Source: an uncultured Pseudomonadaceae bacterium (GTDB lineage Bacteria; Pseudomonadota; Gammaproteobacteria; Enterobacterales; Permianibacteraceae). Taken from it: a stretch of DNA of 43,580 bases. Below the pieces are notes generated by a model, which saw nothing but the letters and a program-made list of their open reading frames with translations, did no database searches and had not been told where the DNA came from. The DNA lies in contig CAZYUS010000003.1 in assembly GCA_964650615.1 (NCBI GenBank), positions 1 to 43,580 on the forward strand, written 5' to 3'. The position numbers and the translations under genes are program-made. Below are positions 30,528-39,008 of this stretch, piece after piece; the first letter of the stretch is position 1; the number at the start of each line of letters is the position of its first letter.

Positions 30528-32720
30528 ATGAAACGTTTTTTTATGATGTTGGCGTTAAGCGCCTTGTTAGCGGCGTGCAGTGGCGGTAGTTCAAACAAGG
30601 AAATCGCTAATCCCAATCCCCCCACCAATCACGCGCCAACAATCAGCGATCAAAACTTAAGCGTCAATGTTGATGTCGATTTGGCGATCACCTTGGGATC
30701 ATTAACGGATGTCGACGGCGATACCGTGACGTACACCATTTCCGGCACCAGCAATACGCGCGCCGGAGCGGCCGCCAATCAAGTGATTTATAAACGCAGC
30801 ACAACCGGCAGCGAATCGTTTTCGGTCAATGCCAGCGACGGCAAAGGCGGCAGCGCTTCGGCCACCATTACGGTCACCGTGTCGGCGGCCGGTAGCAATA
30901 ATCCACCGGTGGTGGAGAACCAGAATTTGAGCGTCAACGTTAACACCGATCTGCCGATCACCTTAGGGCCGTTAACCGATGTTGACGGCGATACCGTGAC
31001 GTACACCATTTCCGGCACCAGCAATACGCGCGCCGGAGCGGCCGCCAATCAAGTGATTTATAAACGCAGCAGCGCCGGTAACGAATCATTTACGGTAAAC
31101 GCCAGCGATGGCCGAGGCGGCAGCGACAGCGCGACCATTAGCGTCACGGTGGCCGCGACTAACAGCCCGCCCGCGTTAAGCAATTTTTCAGTCGAAGCGA
31201 TCGTTGCGCAAGACACACCGATTACCTTAGGACCTAGCACTGACGGCGATGGCGATAACGTCACCTACACCGTCACCGGCTCTACTTTTTTCCGCGCCGG
31301 AGCGGCTAATAACCAAATCATTTATAACAATCCCAGTGCTGGCAGCGATGCCTTGCAAGTGAGCGCCAGCGACGGCATTAATGCCGCCGTCACCGCCACT
31401 ATTACCGTCACCATCAGCAGTGGCTATACCTCGCTTTACAACAAATCACGCGACCTTTTAGTACCCGTTTATGGTTCGGTTCCGGCCAAGGGAGAATCAC
31501 GCACCGATCCCAATACCGGTGTCACCATTACGCGCGTTACCAACGTGGCGGAAATGAGCGGCGCCAATAACGCCTATATCGTTTACTCCCGTTATTCTCC
31601 TGAAAATTCCGATGGCAAATACGTGCTGGCGTTTGGTGATGACTCCAATAGCTGCTGGGTCATTGAACGCAGCACCGGCAATGTCGTCACTGCGATCACC
31701 AAAAATGGCAGCACGAAGATCGGTGAAAATCAGGAAGTCCGTTGGGATTACTCCGGCAATCATCCCAATCGCGTGTATTACGTCGACGGCACCTCGTTAT
31801 ACAAAATTGACGATGTCACCAATCAAAACGCGACACGCTCGCTGGTAAAAAATTTCGCGACCCTGATTTCCGGTATCACCAAGGTTTATAACGATGTCGA
31901 AGGCGACAGTTCGAACGACAGTGATCACTGGGCTTTTATGGCCACAAACAGCGCCAACGGTGTGGTCGCCTTTGTTCACTATCAAATTTCCACTGACACG
32001 ACTCATACGCTGAAACCGGCCGATTTGGCGGGCAGTAATTTAGATGGGTTAAAAGGTGCGAGTACCTTCATTCGTCCTAATATGGTCGAAATGTCACCGT
32101 CAGGCCAAGGCGTTATTTTGCACTACGGATGGTCGTACACCGGAACGCCAGGATATGAATCTACGTGGTTTGGCGGCCCGCATTTATGGCCCAATGATTT
32201 CAAATGGGCGGTGACCGAGCCCGTTAAAGTGTGCAATGAATATAACCATTCGGGTTGGGCTTTCGGTAGCGACGGACGAGATATGTTTGTCTGCCAGAAC
32301 TCGGATGATAATTTAACCGCAACCTATATCAACGGTACCGATGCCGGTCTCGGAAACACCGTTCAATTTATGTATTACGCCGATCCGGGTTGGGGCTCGA
32401 ATTTCCACTTTGGCAAGATGCCCTTGTCGCGCAAAGGCTGGGCCTTTGTGAATACCTACGCCAGCAAAAACGTAGAATGGGGCCAAAACCAGTTGTTTAT
32501 GGTGCAAACCAAACCCAAAGGCCAAAACCCCATCGTCTGGCGCGTCGGTCCGAACTACAACAAGTACGACGGCGATTATCGTGACGAAGCACCGGCGGCG
32601 ATTAATCTGTTCGGCAACCGCATCTATGTCGGCAGTAACTGGGGCGGCGCACTGGGTCACACCGAATTATTTGTGTTCCACCTGCCTAACGATTGGACCG
32701 AAGCGCCGGAACTGCAATAG
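30528..32720 (+). CDS. Lipoprotein with three cadherin/Ig-like repeats plus an uncharacterised probable beta-propeller domain
   Basis: MKRFFMMLALSALLAA-C lipobox; three ~90-aa repeats (NxxP...DxDGDxxTY...ASDG); C-terminal ~430 aa paralogous to 28806-30221. Confidence 0.85.
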   Translation: MKRFFMMLALSALLAACSGGSSNKEIANPNPPTNHAPTISDQNLSVNVDVDLAITLGSLTDVDGDTVTYTISGTSNTRAGAAANQVIYKRSTTGSESFSVNASDGKGGSASATITVTVSAAGSNNPPVVENQNLSVNVNTDLPITLGPLTDVDGDTVTYTISGTSNTRAGAAANQVIYKRSSAGNESFTVNASDGRGGSDSATISVTVAATNSPPALSNFSVEAIVAQDTPITLGPSTDGDGDNVTYTVTGSTFFRAGAANNQIIYNNPSAGSDALQVSASDGINAAVTATITVTISSGYTSLYNKSRDLLVPVYGSVPAKGESRTDPNTGVTITRVTNVAEMSGANNAYIVYSRYSPENSDGKYVLAFGDDSNSCWVIERSTGNVVTAITKNGSTKIGENQEVRWDYSGNHPNRVYYVDGTSLYKIDDVTNQNATRSLVKNFATLISGITKVYNDVEGDSSNDSDHWAFMATNSANGVVAFVHYQISTDTTHTLKPADLAGSNLDGLKGASTFIRPNMVEMSPSGQGVILHYGWSYTGTPGYESTWFGGPHLWPNDFKWAVTEPVKVCNEYNHSGWAFGSDGRDMFVCQNSDDNLTATYINGTDAGLGNTVQFMYYADPGWGSNFHFGKMPLSRKGWAFVNTYASKNVEWGQNQLFMVQTKPKGQNPIVWRVGPNYNKYDGDYRDEAPAAINLFGNRIYVGSNWGGALGHTELFVFHLPNDWTEAPELQ
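30627..31418 (+). repeat. Three tandem intragenic Ig/cadherin-like repeat units (~270 bp)
   Basis: Units begin at 30627, 30897, 31161; 30714-30801 is identical to 30984-31071. Confidence 0.9.
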
Positions 32721-32736
32721 ACCCATCAAGCATACT

Positions 32737-32776
32737 TATGCAGATGATTGCATAACAAAAACTCAACTCCTACAAT
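32737..32776 (+). promoter_or_regulatory. Sigma70 promoter of argJ with overlapping palindromic operator (ARG-box-like)
   Basis: TTGCAT (32748-32753), 17 nt, TACAAT (32771-32776), GC-rich discriminator; TATGCA-N6-TGCATA at 32737-32754. Confidence 0.55.
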
Positions 32777-32810
32777 GCGCGCCTTCCAGCCTCCCACTTG
32801 AAGGCGCGCC

Positions 32811-33974
32811 ATGTTTCATACCCCGCCCGTTTTCCCACCCGGCTTTCGTTGCGCCTCGGTGAATTGCGGCCTCAAACCGCAGGCCCCGGATCTGTCGGTG
32901 TTTGTCGCCGACACGCCGTGCGCGGCGGCGGCCGTTTTTACCCAAAACCGGTTTCCCGGCGCGCCCATCATCGTTGGTCGCGACATCATCAAGCACGGCT
33001 GCTTACGCGGCATCGTGGTCAACAGCAAAGTCAGCAATGTCGGCACCGGCGCGGCCGGTGTTGCCCATGCGCGGCGCATGGGCGTGGCACTTGCCGCCGA
33101 GTTAGGCTGTGCGCCCGAGCACGTGCTGATGTCGTCCACCGGCGTTATCGGCAAGCCGCTGCCGATCGAAAAAATCGAAACCGGTTTACATGGCATTGCC
33201 GCACATCTGGTCGCCGATCCGCTGGTTGGCGCACGCGGCATCATGACCACCGACACCTACGCCAAAGCGTTATCGTGTTCAGTGGGGGACGCCACACTGA
33301 CCATCGTGGCCAAAGGCTCCGGCATGATCGAACCCAATATGGCGACCATGCTGGTTTACATATTTACCGACGCGTCGTTTAGCGCCAGCGAACTCGATCG
33401 GATGCTGCGGGTAGCCGTACACAACAGTTTTAATATGTTGTCAGTCGATGCCGATACCTCGACCTCTGATTCTTGCGTCATCATGGCCAGCGCCACCGTG
33501 ACCTCGGTCGACGCTTTCGAATTTCAAACCGCGCTCAACGCCGCCTGCATTGCCATGACCAAAATGTTGGCGCGCGACGGTGAAGGGGCAAGCAAATTAT
33601 TGACCGCACACATCAGCGGTGCGATTAACGAGTACGAAGCGCGCGTGTTCGCCAAAAGCATTATCAATTCTCCTCTAATCAAAACCATGGCGTACGGTGC
33701 CGATCCCAATATTGGCCGCATTTTAATGGCGATCGGAAAATGTTTTGATTGTCACAGTGAACCCGATCGATTACGCGTCAGCATAAATGGCGAGTTATTA
33801 TTTGCCGATGGCACTCGCCACGATTTTGACGAACAACAGGTGCGCGCCTTGTTGCAGCAAAATGAAATCGACATCGCGGTCGATATTGGATTGGGCAAGC
33901 ACGGTGCGACCGCTTACGGCTGCGATTTCACCGAAGGTTATATCAAAGAAAACGCCGCGTATTACTCGTCATAA
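32811..33974 (+). CDS. argJ: Ornithine acetyltransferase / N-acetylglutamate synthase
   Basis: SSTGVIG, IMTTDT, KGSGMIEPNMA-TML autoproteolysis site, DTSTSD, ARDGEGA, SPLIKT..GADPN. Confidence 0.95.
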   Translation: MFHTPPVFPPGFRCASVNCGLKPQAPDLSVFVADTPCAAAAVFTQNRFPGAPIIVGRDIIKHGCLRGIVVNSKVSNVGTGAAGVAHARRMGVALAAELGCAPEHVLMSSTGVIGKPLPIEKIETGLHGIAAHLVADPLVGARGIMTTDTYAKALSCSVGDATLTIVAKGSGMIEPNMATMLVYIFTDASFSASELDRMLRVAVHNSFNMLSVDADTSTSDSCVIMASATVTSVDAFEFQTALNAACIAMTKMLARDGEGASKLLTAHISGAINEYEARVFAKSIINSPLIKTMAYGADPNIGRILMAIGKCFDCHSEPDRLRVSINGELLFADGTRHDFDEQQVRALLQQNEIDIAVDIGLGKHGATAYGCDFTEGYIKENAAYYSS

Positions 33975-34031
33975 TTCACTTTTTTTTCATTTAGTTTTAT
34001 TTTTTTAACCCCCGCACAATAAGGACGACTC

Positions 34032-35198
34032 ATGTCCCCGTTAGATTATTATCCGGCCCGTTCTTGGGCCGGTTTGCGCGATGCTTTGCAACAACAAGAC
34101 ACTCCTTGTGTGGCCATCGATCTCGATATTATTCGGCAGAAATATTGCGCGCTGCAGCACGCGTTTGCACACGCCGATATTTTTTACGCGGTAAAAGCCA
34201 ATCCCGCCGATGAAGTGATCACCTTGCTGCGCGATCTCGGTAGTCATTTTGATATCGCGTCGATTTACGAACTCGACAAAGTGATGGCGCACGGCGTTGC
34301 GCCCGAACGCATCAGCTTTGGCAACACCATTAAAAAACGCCAACACGTGCGCGAATTTTATCGCCGTGGTGTGCGTTTATTTGCCACCGATTCCGAAAAC
34401 GATTTACGCATGATCGCGCAAGAGGCACCCGGCGCGCACATTTACGCGCGCGTATTAACCGAGCAAGGCGATACCGCCGACTGGCCCCTATCGCGCAAAT
34501 TCGGCTGCGAACCCAGCATGGCCGTGGAGTTAATGACACTGGCCAACGAACTAGGATTGCACGCGTATGGCTTATCGTTTCATGTCGGTTCGCAGCAACG
34601 CGACATCGGCGCATGGGACGCCGCACTGGCAACGGTGCGCAGCGTGTTCGAACGATTGAACGAACGTGGCATTCAACTACAGATGATTAATATGGGCGGC
34701 GGATTTCCGGCGAACTACATCAGTCGCACTCACGAACTGGCGACGTATGCTAGTGCCATACACGAATTCTTGCACGACGATTTCGGCGCGCAATTACCGC
34801 GCATTATTCTGGAACCGGGACGTTCCATTATCGCCGACGCCGGTTTGCTCGCCAGCGAAATTGTGCTCATCTCACGCAAATCACCGCACGCGCTGAATCG
34901 CTGGATCTATACCGACATCGGAAAATTCGGCGGCCTCATCGAAACGCTGGATGAAGCCATTAAGTACCCAATTTTTTATGACCGCGATGGACAAAAAGAA
35001 GAAGTGATTTTGGCCGGCCCGACGTGCGATAGCGCTGATATCTTGTATGAAAACCACAAATATAAATTACCGCTAACGTTAACCGAAGGTGATCGATTGT
35101 ATTTCGCCACCACCGGCGCTTACACCACCAGTTATTGCAGCGTCGAATTTAATGGCTTCCCGCCCTTGCGGGCAGTTTATATCGACAGCGCCAAATAA
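34032..35198 (+). CDS. Fold-type III PLP-dependent ornithine/lysine decarboxylase
   Basis: YAVKAN (PLP Lys), FDIAS, WPLSRKFG, FHVGSQ, GGGFP, EPGR, GPTCDSAD, GAYT. Confidence 0.92.
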   Translation: MSPLDYYPARSWAGLRDALQQQDTPCVAIDLDIIRQKYCALQHAFAHADIFYAVKANPADEVITLLRDLGSHFDIASIYELDKVMAHGVAPERISFGNTIKKRQHVREFYRRGVRLFATDSENDLRMIAQEAPGAHIYARVLTEQGDTADWPLSRKFGCEPSMAVELMTLANELGLHAYGLSFHVGSQQRDIGAWDAALATVRSVFERLNERGIQLQMINMGGGFPANYISRTHELATYASAIHEFLHDDFGAQLPRIILEPGRSIIADAGLLASEIVLISRKSPHALNRWIYTDIGKFGGLIETLDEAIKYPIFYDRDGQKEEVILAGPTCDSADILYENHKYKLPLTLTEGDRLYFATTGAYTTSYCSVEFNGFPPLRAVYIDSAK

Positions 35199-35225
35199 TC
35201 GCGCGATAGCTCGTTCCCAAAACCT

Positions 35226-35266
35226 TACGCGAAGATCCAATTTAAGGTCTTCGCGTACTATTTTTT
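35226..35266. terminator. Probable terminator hairpin between the decarboxylase and convergent yajD
   Basis: TACGCGAAGA...TCTTCGCGTA 10-bp stem (35226-35257), then T-rich tract. Confidence 0.55.
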
Positions 35267-35617
35267 ATTCAACAATTCAGAGAGATGCGCAAACGGATGA
35301 TGCGTTGCGCCAGCACGCTTCATTGCTGCGCTAGTCGCCGACGTGGCCGCTGGCGCATCGACATAACGCGCGTGCTCGTTATCATGGCAATACAAACACA
35401 ATAATTCCCAGTTACTGCCGTCGGATGGATTGTTATCGTGATTATGATCTTTGTGATGGACCGTCAGTTCGCGTAAATTTTTTCCGTTAAATTCGCGTGC
35501 GCATTTGGCGCAGATCCATGGATACAGTTTGAGCGCTTGCTCGCGGTAACCGTGTTCGTTTTTGCGGCGCGCTTCAGCAAATTCGCGATCAAATCGTTGT
35601 TGTTCAGCGTTATTCAT
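35258..35617 (-). CDS. yajD: YajD-family HNH nuclease
   Basis: YREQALKLYPWICAKCAREF, LTVHHKDHNHDNNP.DGSNWELLCLYCHDNEH; alternative TTG start at 35638. Confidence 0.9.
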   Translation of the reverse strand: MNNAEQQRFDREFAEARRKNEHGYREQALKLYPWICAKCAREFNGKNLRELTVHHKDHNHDNNPSDGSNWELLCLYCHDNEHARYVDAPAATSATSAAMKRAGATHHPFAHLSELLNKK

Positions 35618-35634
35618 CGTCGTCACCCAAACCG

Positions 35635-35931
35635 TCAAGGTAATGATTTTTTATCGTCGTCAGCCGCTTCGGCGGTGACATCAATGACACGGCCCGCGTC
35701 GGCGGTCGGCGGTTCGCGATAAGGATGATAAGCGGCTTGATGGTGATGATGGCGAAACACAAAAAATGGCGCTGGTTGGCGTCCGGTTAGTTTGAACCAT
35801 AAACGGCGCAGCAACATCGTGATGACCAACAGCAGTGCAATGGCCACGAATACCGCCACAATGATCCAAGTAAAAAAGAATCCGGCAACCAGTGCTGCCA
35901 ATCCTAATATCAATCCCAGTAGTTGCCGCAT
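35635..35931 (-). CDS. Small membrane protein of unknown function
   Basis: ATG 35931 behind GAGG; long hydrophobic N-terminus; C-terminal GRVIDVTAE. Confidence 0.7.
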   Translation of the reverse strand: MRQLLGLILGLAALVAGFFFTWIIVAVFVAIALLLVITMLLRRLWFKLTGRQPAPFFVFRHHHHQAAYHPYREPPTADAGRVIDVTAEAADDDKKSLP

Positions 35932-36070
35932 CGTGAAAACCTCGTTAAGCGACGTCGCGACATGGTGATCGCGCCGATCAAATTCAAGTGTAAAACCCAC
36001 GTCCTTCGTAAGCGCTTGCCGTAAGGCGCGCGATTGATTACTGTGCGCGCCGCCGACAGCGGAGAGCGCA

Positions 36071-36331
36071 ATGGTGTTACTGCACGAACTCAAAACCTTG
36101 CTTGATGATCGTTTACAACTGGGCGGTCGGGGCCTGCAATTCACGCGCGAATCGCGTTTATTGGGTGCACTGCCCGAGTTGGATTCGGTGGCGGTGTTAA
36201 CCGTGTTATCGGCGATGGAACAACAGTTTGCGATTCGTATTGCCGACGACGAAATTTCCGCCGAACTGTTTTATGATGTGGCCAGTTTACTCGCCTTTAT
36301 CGAACAAAAAACCGCCGCTAACCGCGCGTGA
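36071..36331 (+). CDS. Acyl carrier protein (XrtA/EPS-associated type)
   Basis: 86 aa, acidic; LLGALPELDSVAV phosphopantetheine Ser; EQQFAIRIADDEI; RBS GGAG. Confidence 0.88.
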   Translation: MVLLHELKTLLDDRLQLGGRGLQFTRESRLLGALPELDSVAVLTVLSAMEQQFAIRIADDEISAELFYDVASLLAFIEQKTAANRA

Positions 36332-36340
36332 GTGCGGCAC

Positions 36341-37339
36341 TTAAGGCGCGGTGCGCGCCGCCACCGTTTGTAAGCGACCGTCCTGCCATAACCACGCCTT
36401 ATCGCCGATTTCAGTCACACCATCCAGCGCCAACGGCGCGCTGGTTAACCATTGCCGGATCTGCCATTGCTCTTGCACCGTGCGCCATTCTGCTGCGCTT
36501 AACGTGTGCGATTCAGCGCTATCGACGTGTCGCAACAACTGCGCTAAATGAGCATCGGTGTAAAGACGAAAGCGCGTGTGTAAACCACTGCGTAATGTCG
36601 CCGCCACACTTTCGACATCGCTAAAGGTCGCCGTTAATGTTGTTGTCCACATCACTTGACTGAGTAAGACATCGTTGTACTTTAACGCGACGCTTTGTTG
36701 CCGCAACCAACGCCCCCATTCGCTGTTTAAACCGAACGCATCAGACGCACTTAAACGCAATTTTTTCAAACTCTGTTCCATCGCGCCGTTAAATTGCACA
36801 TCGCCAGCTAAGGCCGATAAATCATCGCGATTGAATAATAGTTGCACCGCTCCGCCCTGCGTTTGTGCTTGGCGGTCTAATTGATGCCAATGCCATAATT
36901 CATCCAACGTCTGTTCATCACGGCCGAGCGCACCGTTCATCAGCACGACGCGCCCCTCACCCCATTGCCATTCATTACGCTCATTGATAACACCCGTTTC
37001 ACGCAATAACGCTTTCGATTGCGTAAAAGAGCGCGATGGTAACGCCAACCACTTAGCCACGGTTTCAACGTAATGGCGATTTTCGAGCGTGCTACTTACG
37101 TGCAACGATGATGACGGTTGGCAGGGTAAAGTAATGCTGCCCTGTTGCCAGATATCGGCGCTTTGCACCTGCCACCGTGCGTCACAAAATTGCACGGCAT
37201 GAACGCGTAACTGGCCTTCCCAAAATAACCACGGCGCGCTAAGCGGTTGTTCGTCGTTTTCCGTTGCATGGTTCGGTGCCGGTTGGCAGGCCGTTAAGGC
37301 CACGCTGATCGCACCAAAAAAACACATCATGACGCGCAT
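36341..37339 (-). CDS. Hypothetical lipoprotein
   Basis: Lipobox LTA-C; ATG overlaps the upstream stop (TAATG); no family recognised. Confidence 0.65.
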   Translation of the reverse strand: MRVMMCFFGAISVALTACQPAPNHATENDEQPLSAPWLFWEGQLRVHAVQFCDARWQVQSADIWQQGSITLPCQPSSSLHVSSTLENRHYVETVAKWLALPSRSFTQSKALLRETGVINERNEWQWGEGRVVLMNGALGRDEQTLDELWHWHQLDRQAQTQGGAVQLLFNRDDLSALAGDVQFNGAMEQSLKKLRLSASDAFGLNSEWGRWLRQQSVALKYNDVLLSQVMWTTTLTATFSDVESVAATLRSGLHTRFRLYTDAHLAQLLRHVDSAESHTLSAAEWRTVQEQWQIRQWLTSAPLALDGVTEIGDKAWLWQDGRLQTVAARTAP

Positions 37340-38250
37340 TAAAACACTTCCGCCAACATGCAGCGGGCGCTACCGCCGCCGACTTTTTCGATGGTGCCAA
37401 TGGCGATCGGCAGTAATTCGCCCTGCGCCGACAAGGCCTCACGTTGCGCCGCATTAAAACCATCGTAAGCCGATTGCGATAGCACGATCACGCGACCATT
37501 ATCGCGCGTCGCCAACTGCAATACGTTGGCACAAAACGCCTGCTCGGCTTGGTTTAGATCGATGATAAAAAGTTCGCGTCCGCTGGCGCGTAAACGCGTC
37601 ATCACCGCTTCACGTTCAGAAACATTGTGGATCGCGTCGCCACACAACACCGCAAAACGTTCGCCGATACTGAGCATGACGTTGGTGTGATAAAACGCAC
37701 GACCCGCACTGCTGCGCGTATCAAACATCACTAACTCATAATGCAATTCGCGCGCGTGTTGTTGCGCCAGCAAACTGTCGCAGCGTTCCGAGCGCGCGGC
37801 GTAAACGGTTTTCTGCAGATGATCAAATACCAACGCGCCGGTGCCTTCAAGCGCCAAACCCGGAGCCGCCGCGATGGTGTGAAAAACCGCATGTGGTTTA
37901 GGCGTTTTCAGCACCTCGCGCAAGGCGTCAGGACGCACTTCACGACGACGGTTGGCGGTGCGCATGGGATACAGATAAATCCGGCCATCGGGCCACACCG
38001 AAAACCAATTATTGGGAAAAACGGCATCCGGTTGTGGCGGCAAATGCGGATCGTTTTCCAACACCAAGACGTTAACGCCGGCCCGCTGCAACGCCTGTAC
38101 GGCGTTGTCGAATTCAGCCAGCGCCGCCGCACGCGTTGCCGCACTATTATCCGGTTGATGTTGAAATTCGTTGTCGGCAGCGGTTTGTTCGTTCCACGCA
38201 AAATCGTGTGGGCGAACCATCACCACGGTATGAGCGCATTGTGGGTGCAT
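37339..38250 (-). CDS. Amidinotransferase / arginine-deiminase superfamily protein (CtlX-like)
   Basis: VMVRP, PDAVFPNNW, LEGTG, YHTNV, GGGSARCMLAE (catalytic Cys); start ATG 38250. Confidence 0.88.
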   Translation of the reverse strand: MHPQCAHTVVMVRPHDFAWNEQTAADNEFQHQPDNSAATRAAALAEFDNAVQALQRAGVNVLVLENDPHLPPQPDAVFPNNWFSVWPDGRIYLYPMRTANRRREVRPDALREVLKTPKPHAVFHTIAAAPGLALEGTGALVFDHLQKTVYAARSERCDSLLAQQHARELHYELVMFDTRSSAGRAFYHTNVMLSIGERFAVLCGDAIHNVSEREAVMTRLRASGRELFIIDLNQAEQAFCANVLQLATRDNGRVIVLSQSAYDGFNAAQREALSAQGELLPIAIGTIEKVGGGSARCMLAEVF

Positions 38251-38360
38251 AAGAAAAAACAGCAATTTTTGGGAGCGCGGATTGTACCTGTGCGAAGCGC
38301 TGCCGGTGGACCGATGGCCTACGCTATACTGCCGCTCCTGTTAGGACCAAGCCGTTTGTA

Positions 38361-39008
38361 ATGTCCCGTTCCCCCCATTCCGTTGCCGATCACGTTTGCC
38401 TCGCGACCGAAACGTTGTTACGCGGATTGTTCGCCCAGCGTGTTCATGGCCGCCGCAATCCGGGCGCCGATTTAGCATCGTCCGATGGCGCGCTTACGGG
38501 CGATGAACGCCGTCAGGTGATCGGCATGATGCGCGTCAATCATGTCGGCGAAGTGTGCGCGCAGGGGCTGTATTTAGGACAGGCGCTGGTGGCACGCGAC
38601 GAGGCAACACGCAGCCAGTTGTTGCACGCCGCACAGGAAGAAGCTGACCACTTGCGCTGGTGTCAGCAACGATTGCAGCAGTTGCAGGCGCGCACTTCGA
38701 TGTTGAATCCGTTGTGGTTTGGTGGTGCCTTGGTGATAGGCGGTAGTGCCGGATTGCTTGGCGATGGGTGGAATTTGGGTTTCGTGGTCGAAACCGAACG
38801 CCAAGTCGAAGCTCATCTCGATGGCCATTTAGCGCAATTACCCGCTCACGATGCCGCGTCACGCGCGATTGTGCAGCAGATGAAAGCCGACGAAATCGCG
38901 CACGCCGAGGCGGCGCAAGCCAGCGGCGCGCGCGCGTTGCCACAGGGCGTTAAGGTGGCGATGAAACTGTCGGCCAAGGTTATGACCTCACTGGCCTACT
39001 ATGTCTAA
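38361..39008 (+). CDS. coq7: Demethoxyubiquinone hydroxylase (di-iron)
   Basis: [32 protein letters not shown]. Confidence 0.95.
   Translation: MSRSPHSVADHVCLATETLLRGLFAQRVHGRRNPGADLASSDGALTGDERRQVIGMMRVNHVGEVCAQGLYLGQALVARDEATRSQLLHAAQEEADHLRWCQQRLQQLQARTSMLNPLWFGGALVIGGSAGLLGDGWNLGFVVETERQVEAHLDGHLAQLPAHDAASRAIVQQMKADEIAHAEAAQASGARALPQGVKVAMKLSAKVMTSLAYYV

Noticed and set aside
32798-33382. 194-aa Arg/His-rich ORF
   Set aside because: Alternative frame inside argJ with composition typical of a GC-rich off-frame read
35258-35617. HNH nuclease as a defence or mobile element gene
   Set aside because: Matches the widespread chromosomal YajD family; no methylase, integrase or other defence genes nearby
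37741-38361. 206-aa plus-strand ORF
   Set aside because: Antisense shadow of the amidinotransferase
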